Source: Torpedo marmorata (Eukaryota). From it: a DNA stretch of 64,000 bases. Made by a program: the position numbers and the translations under genes. Numbering within the stretch: the first letter of the stretch is position 1; every line of letters starts with the position of its first letter. Positions 25,501 through 37,500 of this stretch are shown here, in pieces. The DNA lies in assembly GCA_977017645.1 (NCBI GenBank), contig OZ360242.1, forward strand, positions 46,810,001 to 46,874,000, in the 5' to 3' direction. The notes under the pieces are model-generated. The model worked only from the letters and a program-made list of their open reading frames with translations, was not told where the DNA came from and searched no databases.

Positions 25501-28500
25501 CCTTTATCATTCCAGCTATAACTTCAAAGTTCTAGATTTCTCATTGTTGTCCGCTTTTTGTAACCTCTTCAGTGCCTTATGTTTGTATAATGTGGTGATC
25601 AGATTGATCCACATTGCTCCCAAAGTGTGGTTACAACAACGTTCCGAACAGTTTTAGAGCGATTGTCTCTAATTATTCCTGAAACAAAGAAATCTGTTCG
25701 TTGCCTTGCTTTATTTTACAATTATTAACCTGTATTCAACTTCAGTAACTATTTTAACTTGTACTTGAGATTCCTTTGCTCCCTCGCCTATTTATACTCT
25801 CATTTTGAAGTTTTGCATAGATGTTGGTCAAAGGTGAGTTGTTTCTCTGGAGCATAGGAGGTTGTCAGGCAAACTGGTAGATGTTTACCCAGTTCCCCAC
25901 GGTAAACGCATCACAGAGGTTAAGTCGTTAATTTTTAAGGTGGGGTGCAGAGTTTAAGATGATCTGCAGGGCACTTTTTATTTGCACAGAGTATGGGAGC
26001 TGTCTCAAACAGGCTGCCAGGGGTAGTGCTGGAAGCAGATACCAGAGCAGCATTTGAGGCTTGTAGATGGACACATCAAGATTCAATTTATTGTCATTGT
26101 AATAAAAAGTGTCATATTACACAAAATTGCTTTTGTCTGCTGTAAGGCAGACAGTTTCGCCATTGGCAGAAATTGCCTCAAGCACCTCTTACAGTCGGAG
26201 AAAGAGAAGCAAAAGAGAGATCCATTCACCCCCCCCCCCCCACAGAGTCTCCGAGTGTCTTGTGGATTCGCCTCCATCGCTCCCACAGCCACACAGAGTC
26301 CAGTCCAAACCATCGGCAACCTGAGCTCCAGATCCGAACCACCGATACGATCAGGAACCCTTCGGCACCCTCTCGCATCCAGGGTCCGATACCTGGTTAC
26401 CCTTCAGCCACTTTCGAGCCAGTCTCCAGCAATCCGCAGTCGTCAACAGCCCGCAGCCTGAGTGGGCACACATGAATATGAAGGGGATCAAGTGCAAGGA
26501 GCAGAGTTTTAGTTTGATTTGGACAACATATTGGCACGGTCACATGGGCCAAAGGGCCTGTTCCTGTGCTGTACTCTTCCGTGTTCTATGTACTCTGTAG
26601 CCTTTGCTTTTATCAAAATGTATGTGCTTCCAATAACCCCCACTGTTCAGAATGTCTTTGGCTTTTGCATCAGTTGCCGTTGTATTCACCTCCTCCTCTT
26701 TCCCTAGGTTCGTATTTGCTGCTAGAACCCTTAGTTACGCAAATGTTTTGTATAAGTTTTATTTTTGAATATAACTTGGTAGTGTGTTTTAATTTTATTC
26801 TACTTTTCTTTGTTAATCCGTGTAACCTTTGCAAAATGTCTCAATGTTCCAGACATTTCAAACAGTGTAAGATGCGTTTGACAACATTGAGCTGTCATTG
26901 GCCATCAGGGTGATGCTGGAAGGTGGGGCCTCAGGTTCTGCAGCCTGATGTCTGGCAGTCATTCACAGCCAGCTCTGCTTAATACAAGGGCAACAGAGTG
27001 GAGCCCTTCAGCATGGTCTCTCATGTGAGTGCCGCATAGCCATGACTGTGTGCTACTCGTGGGAGGAATTAATGTTTAGGTAGTTAAATGAGGGAGGGGC
27101 GAGTGAAGCAAGCTGTTGTGCCCTGGATGGTGTTTAGCTTTTTTGGCAAGTGAGGAGTATTCCATCGTGTTTTTGGCGTGCTTTGGAGATGATGGAAAGA
27201 TCTTGGGAAATCCGAAGGAGAGTCTTTTGCTGCCATCTTGGAACCATTTAATCATGGTACTTGCATTTATATGGGTGGTCCAGCTGAGTGTGAATGGAGA
27301 GCACAAGAATTTGCATTTGGTAGGAGACTTGACAATGGTAAAGTCATTGATTATCAAGTGTCAGAGGTTAGATTGTCTCATTAGAAATTCTCATTGTCAT
27401 GCATTAGCTATATCTGTATATTATCAGCATTTTACTACATCTGCTGAGGAGTTGCAAATGGAACTAAACATTGTGCGATTGTAGTGAACATTCCCACTTG
27501 TAACGTTATAATAAAAGATGGTCATTAAGTAAGCAGTTGAAGATATTTGGGTCTCGTTCACTGCCGTGACGATTCTCTGCATTGATGTCCTATAGCTGGT
27601 ATGACTGGCCTTCAACAAGCACAACCATTTTCTTTGGTGCAGACCTGGGGGAAGCAAAAACACTACTTTCAGTGTTGCTCCGCAGGGTCCTACTGCCCGG
27701 CCATCCCACACAACAGCCCAGTGCAGGTTTGAGCTGCCTGTGAAATGTGGCTGGCGGTGGTTCTTGTATATCGAAGACTACGGAGGTCTGCGCTCAAGAT
27801 GGCGGTGCCCAGACTTTGAGGATTGCAGACTCTGGGGGAGCAGCAGACCAGCACAATACACCTGAAGTGGGAGACCATTCCCTACCCTGGCCAAAAAATA
27901 CTCTTGGGGGCAAACCACAGCAGCGAACCAATATTGGACTCAGCAGGCCACTGGAAATGGCTTGTGGGAACTAGGTATCGGGACTGGGATCCATGAGGGT
28001 GCTGATGGTGGACAGGATTCCTGAGGATTCTCAGGCACTGACAGTTTCTTAATCACAAAAGGGGTTCAGAATGAGAAAGCAAAGATGACGACTTGGAGGC
28101 CTCAACCAGACAGGAGGTTGTGTGGCTACGGAGGTTTGGGAGAGAAGGAGGTTGCAGGATCCATGGACACTTAATGTCTCTTTTCTTGTCTTGGTGCTGG
28201 TCTAATTGCACCTCTTTGTGTGCCTTTACAGGGCAAACAAAGGAAAACTAATTTTGTATACATGACAATAAAGTAATCTTGTGCTTGATGTGGCTGGAAT
28301 ATATTCCCTTTGATGTCCATTGACCAGTTTTCACAAAGCACACTTGGTTAATTACTCCCTTCATGTCATGGACAGTCACTCATGCCATACTTATGGAATT
28401 CAAACTTTTGGTCCATATTTGGTCAGCATTCTTTGAATAATTATCTAAACAAATTAAGTTTTTGCGCTATAACATTGGCCCAGAATTTTACTCGGTATTG

Positions 28501-31500
28501 AGCCAACAGCAGCCACCAGCTCCTTGTTTAAAAATTGATCACTTGAGTGATTTTTTTCCCCTGCTGTGCTGTTCACCCTGGGATTTTTTTTCCACAATTT
28601 GTGTTATTATTTCCTCTTAAAGAAACTGGATCACATCAGCAAATTAGCTTTTCGATAGGTCATAAATTAATTTTACAAGCAATTACAGAAACCTGTTACA
28701 AGAAAAACAATCTTTATTCTGCTAACCAAGTAGTTCCATAAATGGAATCTGACTGCAGCACTTTAGTCACCATAAAATGGTGAATTGTGTTACTGTTCTT
28801 CTACCACCCCATTTTTAATGTGGCAGTAATAGTCAGAGGTTTTCACTTTAAAACCTAATATAAGTATTTGAGTAATACTTGATGTCAGCAATGTGCATAA
28901 ATAGGTAGCTGTAGCTAAATCTACTTGAGGAGCACAATGTACTTAAATTAGTCAGGTAAACTATGATATTTTCAGTTTTATGACAGTAACTCTGCACTGT
29001 TTCTTTGAAAATTCATCTATTAATACAAAAAGAGACCATGGGTGGCAATATTTTGTGGATGGTTTTGAACCCTATTTCTGTGTATTTTTTGTAGAGCTTT
29101 GCCTCATGAAATCCGATCGGAGACAGTGGAAGTTTGTCTCTTCACCAAGGATGAACCAAACATGAATGCTGATGAGACTCAGAAATTCTATAAAAAACTT
29201 CTCGATGATCATGATATCAAGAGCATAACACAAGTAAGAAGTAATACATTTCTATTTCTGGTTGCCTCCTAAATTAAATTGTGCAAAGATCTATGAGTTC
29301 TTTTGTTTTTTGTCGATTCTTTGAAATCTTGTTCCTTTTGTATAATGGTCGTGACTGAAGAGCACGAACATCGAATTAGCAGGGTGATGCAAAATTAAAA
29401 GGTGCGGCATGATTAGCGAAGCAGTTAATGCAACGCTGTTAAACAGGGACTGGGGTTCGAATCTCGCGCTGTCTGCAAGGAGTTTTGTACATTCTCCCCG
29501 TGTCTGCGTGGGTTTCCTTTGGAGGCTCCCGTTTCCTCCCACCGTTGGGTGCAATTGGGCGACATGACCTCGTGGGCCGAAAGGGCCTGTTACCGTGCCG
29601 TATGTCTAAATTTAAAAAAAAAAAAAGATTAAACTGCATAAGATTGCATCTGTTTTTGTTTATACTCTGTGCTGATTTTCAAAGCATAAAGAGAAATCAA
29701 ATAAAATGTTTTGACTTGATGGCCTTCTGTGCACTATCCTTCCCATACATTCATTTGGATTCACGTCCAGGATTGAAAAGGAGCCCTAATTCTAACTTGT
29801 GTATCATCACTCAGAAGTGGAGAAACAGCTTGATCATAGTCTGATTTTTTTTATATTTTTTTTCATCTTTCCAAGATGAGGACTGGAGATATCTTCTGTT
29901 GAATGCATCTGAAATGTCTTTGAGTTAACGTTTTGCTTTGGAGACAAAAGGAAGTTGTGGCAATAAAAGCAATCAGAAGAATAAATCATTTTATATTGGA
30001 GGGATTAATCATTTTCCATAGTCAAGGATAAAGTGAAATGTTCTCGTTGGACGAACTAGTTTGTTCCTCTTGTCCTTCTGTACGTGTAATTTGGAGGTTA
30101 TAATTAATATAAATCATTATAATACAATGGCATGAAGGTTAACTTTTGTCTGAAATGGTACTGAATTTATCTTGGGTTTTTTTTCATTAAACACAACCTT
30201 CATAGCTCTTTTAAGAGTTGAGCATGGTAAATCTTTGCACTAATTCTTGCATGTTTGTGTACTGGTTTGTGATGATTTTCATTCAATTTATTTGCAATAT
30301 TGTAAAATAAAAGAAATTTATTGCAGTTATAAAGGTTCGAGAAAAGAACTTAAAAGGTTTTTTAAGTTTGTACACTACTGAAGCCTAATCTCCCATTCCT
30401 AGGTTAGGTATCCAGAAAAGGAATTTAAAGTTGTGTATTAACTAGGATATGATTGATCACTTTAAGTGACAAAATCGTATAATGTTAACCTAAATTTTAT
30501 TTTGTTAGATCATTCCATATAAGACATTGAAGACCGAATATAAACCATTTGAAGCAAAGCGTCGCCTGTTGAGCAGATTTGACGTGTTCCTGGCTGATGA
30601 TAGAATCAGGCGACTTTTACCTTCTCATTTGGGGAAGCATTTTTACAGGTCAAAAAAGTAAGTTATATAAACCTGCTATGATTTCTTATTATTTTAACCA
30701 CCGCCATACAAAAGAAATACGATGCTTTTTCATTTATTTCTGTGTTGCAGTTGTTTATCATTCAAACAGTGGCACTGAGTAATTACACCATTTTTGATCA
30801 ATGAAGTGGGTGAGTTGGGTAATAGTTGCAGCTCCAAGCTAAAGCAGTAGTGACTAAAGTAAGAAAAACTTTCAGATTTATAATGAGACAAAGGGCAGAA
30901 ATTCTATTCATTGCAGTTATGCCAATAAGTTTAAGGTTTTCTTTCCATTTTTAAAAAGAGTGCATTTGTATCTTGCCTTTTACTATCTAAACTCACCAAC
31001 CATTGAGCTTTGATTTGTAATCGCTGTTATAATTTATGGAAATGATGAGATTATTGCATGCGCGCACACACACACACACACACCTACCTTTCGCAAGTCC
31101 ATTAACATAAATGTAGGTTGAAGGAGAAAGGTTAACCAGGACACTGGAAGAGTTTCTCTATATTTGAATTGCCCTTTGGGTTTGTTTTTTTTGCATTAAG
31201 AGTGGGTTGGACAATAGCTCACCAGAATGACAGTGGCCCTTTCAGTATTTCCTTATTGTTACTTGGGTGTGGAACTTTTGAAAAAGGGAGCCAGAGAAAA
31301 CTCTCTCTACAGAAAGGCCTAAAGTTCAGTCGTGGAAAACTGAATCAGTGGCAGTTTTGGAGTTGCAAAGGTGGGAGAACTCAGCATGATCCAGGCTTGT
31401 GCATCCCAGAGAAGTTGGGAGAATAGCACAGAGTCTCTTGAATCAGAAAAATCCAGGCTTGTGTATCCCAGGGGAAACGGCTGGGAGAAATACAAGGCCT

Positions 31501-34500
31501 CTTGATGATTCAGCAAAATCCTGAGTTGAGAGCAGCTTTTGTGAAGAACAGGCGGTGAGATCCAAGCACACGCCTTAATCCAAAACGGATCTGAATTCAC
31601 AATCCTTGTGAAAACACCAGGAGGGAAAGTCATCAGAGAAGAAAAGCAAGCCAAGTATTCGTAAGCATAAACAGTCATTGTCTCTCTCCAACGTTCATTA
31701 AGAAGTCCTGCTTGCCAGCACACAGAGCTGAATTTGGACCCTGAACATAGAGTGAATTTTTATGGACTGTATTTTTGGGACTGTCTTATTTTTATGACTG
31801 ACCTGGGGTTTTTGGGGAAAGTTTTTCCATTTTTACATGAGGGTTGGGTACAGACTGTAATGGTCTGGGCTTTACACACACACACCTTTTAGATAAGAAT
31901 AGTGTTTATAGACATAGTGGGGTTAATTGTTGTGAAATTACATGTTTAATTGTCTTTAATAAATATAAATTTCAATTTTACCCCTTTTGCATTGCATCTT
32001 CTGTCATTGCTGGTTTGAATTTTGTAACAAAATTGGGGGCTCGTCTGGGATTGGAATTTAAAATCCATCTTGGTAATTGAAGGAATCCCAGTCTGGTTTA
32101 AGACATTCCTTTTTTTAAAGATAATTAAAAAGCTAGTGTATGTGTAACGAAAAACCAGCAACAATGGATGCAGAAAATTTTTTGGAATCACCTGAACCTG
32201 ATACTTTAAAAAAGGCTAAAAAGGAACAGTTAGTGGCTATAGCAACAAAGTTGGGCATTGCTTCTGTAAAACCATCTATGAAAAAGGTAGAGATTGGGAA
32301 AAAAATTGTCAAATACTATATAAAAGAAAAAAAGTTTGAGGAGAGTGTGTTAGAGCAGTTTCCCAAGGGTAAACCTTCTGAAAACATACAGTTGGAACAA
32401 AAGAAATTAGACATGGAATTGGAACAAAAGAAATTAGACAGGGAATTGGAACAAAAGAAATTAGACAGGGAATTGGAACAAAAGAAATTAGACAGGGAAT
32501 TGGAACAAAAGAAATTAGACAGGGAATTGGAACAAAAGAAATTAGACAGGGAATTGGAACAAAAGAAATTAGACAGGGAATTGGAACAAAAGAAAAGAGA
32601 CAGGGAATTGGAACAAAAGAAAAGAGACAGGGAATTGGAACAAAAGAAAAGAGACAGGGAATTGGAACAAAAGAAAAGAGACGGAATTGGAACAAAAGAA
32701 AAGAGACAGGGAATTGGAACAAAAGAGATACGAGGAGAAAAATAGGATATATGAGCTGGAAAAGATGAAGTTGGAAAATGAGAGGAGACAAGAGCACAAA
32801 GATCAAATTTGTCATCCTGTTGAGGGGTTTTTGGCTAGTAGAGAAGTTAGGTTGGTTCCTCCATTTGAGGAGGCAGAAATAGATAAGTACTTCCAGCATT
32901 TTGAGAAGTTGGCTGTGAAATTAAAATGGCCATAAGACCAATGGTCTCTTATGTTACAAAGTGTAATAAAAGGAAAAGCTCAGCAAGCTTATTCTACTCT
33001 TACTGCTGCTGCTGATTATGAAACGGTGAAAAAGGCTATACTCCAGGCTTATGAGTTAGTTCCAGAGGCTGAAAGACAGAAGTTTAGAAATTTAAAAAGA
33101 TCAGCAACCCAATCTTACACAGAGTTTGCCTATGAAAAGGTTGTGTGTTTTGACCGGTGGTGCACATCTAAGGCAGTAAACAATGATTACAATCAATTGA
33201 GAGAATTGATAATAATCGAGATAAAAAGGTGTGTTCCTGAGGATATTAAGGCATACTTAGATGAAAAGGAAGTGAAAACTTGGCAAAATTCAGCTAAGTT
33301 AGCAGATGAATATGCTTTAACCCACAAGCCTAAGTGGACGTCAGGCAGAATTTTCCAAAAGGTCACTGTGGATAATCCCAAGCAAGTGGAAAGTAAATTT
33401 GGAAGTGGTGTTAAGGAAAGGGATGAAGGAAAGTGGAAAAGGGAAAACCCTTCGGGTCCCATTTGCCACTACTGTAAGAAGGCTGGTCATATGCCAGCAA
33501 GCTGTCCAGTGTTGAAAAAGAAGAGAGAAAAGGATGCAACACCTAATGCTTGTATTCAGAGTGAGAAGATGCTTAACACCCAGGAAGGAGATAAATTTAC
33601 TGACAAAGTTAAAGATGTATTTAAACCTTTTGTGACTGATGGTTTTGTTTCAGTTAAGGCAGGATCAAAACAAGTTCCAGTGAAAATCTTGCGAGATACT
33701 GGAGCTGCTCAGTCACTTGTGTTAGATAATGTCTTGGAATTTTGTGAAGCTACTGACATGAATTTAATTAAAGGAATTGGGGGTGATGTTGAGTCCATTC
33801 CTTTGCACAAAATAGTGTTGGACTCAGACTTGGTGGAAGGACCTGTTATAATAGGAGTGAGATCAGAGTTGCCAGTAGAAGGAGTCTCACTGTTGCTAGG
33901 CAATGACTTGGCTGAGGGTAAAGTAGTTCCTGCAGTGCGAATGACCACTAAGCCAGTCATTGATAAGTCAGAGAAAGACTCTGATATTTATCCGGCATGT
34001 GCCATAACCAGGGCCATGTCTAAGAAAAATGTCACTGTAGAGAAGGCAGTGGAAAATAAATTGGTGAAAGAAAAAGTCAGTGATAATCAAGAACACCTGG
34101 AAAAGGTTGAGCAATCTCCTGTGTACACCCATCCACTGATAAGACACCTAAAGGCACTGATTTGTCACTATCCCGACAGGAGCTAATAGGCAAAAGGAGG
34201 ATCCTGATCTTGCTGAGGTGAGGGATAAGGTTCTCTCTGAAGAGGAGATTAAAAAGGTGGCAGTGGGTTATTATGAAAAAGATGGGGTGTTGATGAGAAA
34301 GTGGAGACCATGTGATGTTCCTGCCAATGAAGAATGGGCAGTAGTGCAGCAGGTTGTGATCCCTTAAGTATATAGGGATGCAATAATAACTTTGGCTCAT
34401 AGCACACTCTTAGGTGGTCACCTTGGGGTGAAGAAAACTATAAGGAAGATAATGAAACAATTTTATTGGCCCAGTTTGAGAAGGGATGTTGTAAGCTTTT

Positions 34501-37500
34501 GCCGGGCCTGTCACACTTGTCAGGTGGTGGGTAAACCTAATCAGGGTCCCCCGGTGGCACCCTTGCAACCTATCCCTGCTTTCAGTGAGCCTTTCTCGAG
34601 AGTGATTGTGGACTGTGTTGGCCCATTGCCCAAAACCAAAGCGGGGAATGAGTATTTGTTAACAATTATGTGTGCAGCCACCAGATTACCAGAGGCCATT
34701 CCTCTGAGAAACATAAAAGCAAAGTCAATTGTAAAGGCTATGGTAAAGTTTTTCACCTTGGTAGGTTTGCCAAGGGAAATTCAATCAGATCAGGGCAGTA
34801 ATTTCATGTCAGGCGTTTTCCAACAAGTGTTTGATGGACTGGGAGTTAAACAGATTGTATCCTCTGTGTACCGTCCAGAAAGTCAAGGGGCCTTGGAGAG
34901 GTTCCATTTGACTTTGAAAAACATGATTAGAACCAATTGTTGTGAGAAGGAAAAGGATTGGGATGAGGGGGTTCATTTGTTGTTATTTGCAGCGAGGGAG
35001 TCTGTCCAAGAATCACTTGGTTTTAGTCCATTCGAGTTAGTTTTCGGACATGAGGTGAGAGGTCCTTTAAGATTATTAAAAGAACAGTGGATTAATAGTG
35101 ATGTGCATTTAAATCTGTTAGATTATGTTTCAAAATTTAAGGATCGGTTGCATAGGGCTTGTGAGATGGCAAAGGAGAATTTAAAGGCCACTCAACAGAG
35201 AATGAAGGTTTGGTATGATCGGAAGGCTAAGATGAGAACTTTTAAACCTGGTTAGAACGTATTAGTTCTTTTTCCCATCCATTCAAATCCTCTTAGGGCT
35301 AGATTTTCAGGACCCTATAGAGTTAAGTCAAAAAAACACCTAATCGCAGACGAGAGACACATGTCTGTCATGTGAATATGATTAAGCCATATTTTGAACA
35401 GGTGCCGCACAAAGAGACTGAACATTTACCAGAGGTGCTGGTTATTGATCGGGGTAAGGAGGAGACAGATAAAACCAGTTTCAGAGAGGGTCATGGGACA
35501 CAGAAATTGATAAGCCCGAGGTTAGAAAATTCCATGATTTTGCGCAATTTGGAGACAATGTTAGCTCATCTGAAAACTTCAGAAGAGATGAGTCCGTTAT
35601 TTTTTAAATTTATAAATTTATTTCCTGATGTGCCTCAGAAAATTTCCATCGCTTATCATGATGTGGATGTAGGAGATGCAAGACCGATAAAACAGCATCC
35701 CTATCGAATCAATGTGGAAAAGTGCAAACTGGTAGATCAGGAAATTGACTATATGGTAAAGAACAATATCATTCGAAAGTCTACTTCCAATTGGAGTTCC
35801 CCTTGTGTTTTAGTGCCCAAGCCTGATGGAACTGTTAGGTTTTGCACTGATTATAGGAAAGTAAATGCTGTAACAAAGACAGATGCTTATCTTATTCCTA
35901 GAATAGACGATTGTATAGACAAGTTGGGGAAGGCCAAATTTCTTACAAAAATTGACTTATTGAAAGGGTACTGGTGTGTTCCTTTGACAAAAAGGGCCAG
36001 GGAGATTTCTGCATTCGTAACACCTTTTGGGCTGTATGAGTATAATGTTATGCCTTTTGGTATGAAGAATGCTCCAGGAACATTTCAGAGAATGATTAAT
36101 TCAGTAATTCAAGGGTTGAAAAACACAGGTGCTTACATTGATAATTTAATTGTAAGTAGTGAGACCTGGGAAGAGCATGTCTTTGAGATAAAACAATTGT
36201 TCGAACGACTGTCCAAAGCAAATCTCACAGTTAATTTAAGTGAAAGTGAGTTTGGACATGCTACTGTTATTTATCTGGGTTATGTAGTAGGACTGGGGCA
36301 GTTGGCGCCAGTAGAGGCAAAGGTTGTGACTATTTCCGAGTTCCCTGTTCCAACTGGTAAGAAAACACTGGAGGAGGTTCCTGGGAATGATTGGCTACTA
36401 CCACAAGTTCTGTAAAAACTTTGCTGATCTTGCGCTCCCTCTCACAAATTTGCTTAGAAAGAGAGAAAAATTTGTATGGTCGACAGGTTATCAGGAAGCA
36501 TTTGTCAAATTGAAAGCCACGTTATGCCACCAACCTGTGCTTAAGTCACCTAATTTAGAACAGCCGATTTCTTTAGCCGTGGATGCCAGCGATGAAGCTG
36601 TGGGTGCGGTGCTGTTACAGAAGAAGAACGAAGAGGACATTGACCATCCGGTATCCTACTTCTCGAAGAAGTTCAATGATATCAAAGGAATTATTCAACC
36701 ATAGAAAAAGAATTGTTGGCTCTTGTGTTGGCTCTACAACACTTTGATGTGTATATCTGTACAGCTCAAAAACCACTCATAGTGTATACTGACCATAATC
36801 CATTGGTTTTTGTAAAATGAAAAATAAGAATCGACGGTTGTTGAATTGGAGTCTAATTTTGCAAGAATATGATTTGGTAATAACACATATAAAAGGGAAA
36901 GATAATGTAATTGCTGATTGTCTTTCTAGATGCTAAACTTTATAAATGAAAATAGTTCATATTTTGTGTTTGGGGATGAACATTGTGGGTTTTGTTTATA
37001 TTATAACACAATTTCCAAAATTTTGTTTTTGCAGACCAAAATTTTCTTTGTGGGTGGGAGGTGTTATGGACCATGACTGACAATTTGGACTGCGGACGGT
37101 AAGCTGGAAGGATGAAGTCTTTTGGAGTATGCACTGGGACCTGGTACTGAAAGAGTTAACTTGCCCACGACTTCTTGTATTTACCAGAGAGAGACACCAG
37201 GGGGAGACAAACTGGAAAGATATACTTGGGTGTGGAACTTTTGGAAAAAGGGAGTCAGAGAAAACTCTCTACAGAAAGGCCTAAAGTTCAGTCGTGGAAA
37301 ACTGAATCAGTGGCAGTTTTGGAGTTGCAAAGGCAGGAGAACTCAGCAGGATCCAGGCTTCTGCATCCCAGAGAAGAAGTTGGGAGAATAGCACAGAGTC
37401 TCTTGAATCAGAAAAATCCAGGCTTGTGTATCCCAGGGGAAACGGCTGGGAGAAATACAAGGCCTCTTGATGATTCAGCAAAATCCTGAGTTGAGAGCAG

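Noticed and set aside
32392-32727. Common origin of the gag 27-bp repeat and the 27-bp minisatellite
   Set aside because: Same period but unrelated sequence (A/G-rich versus C-rich).
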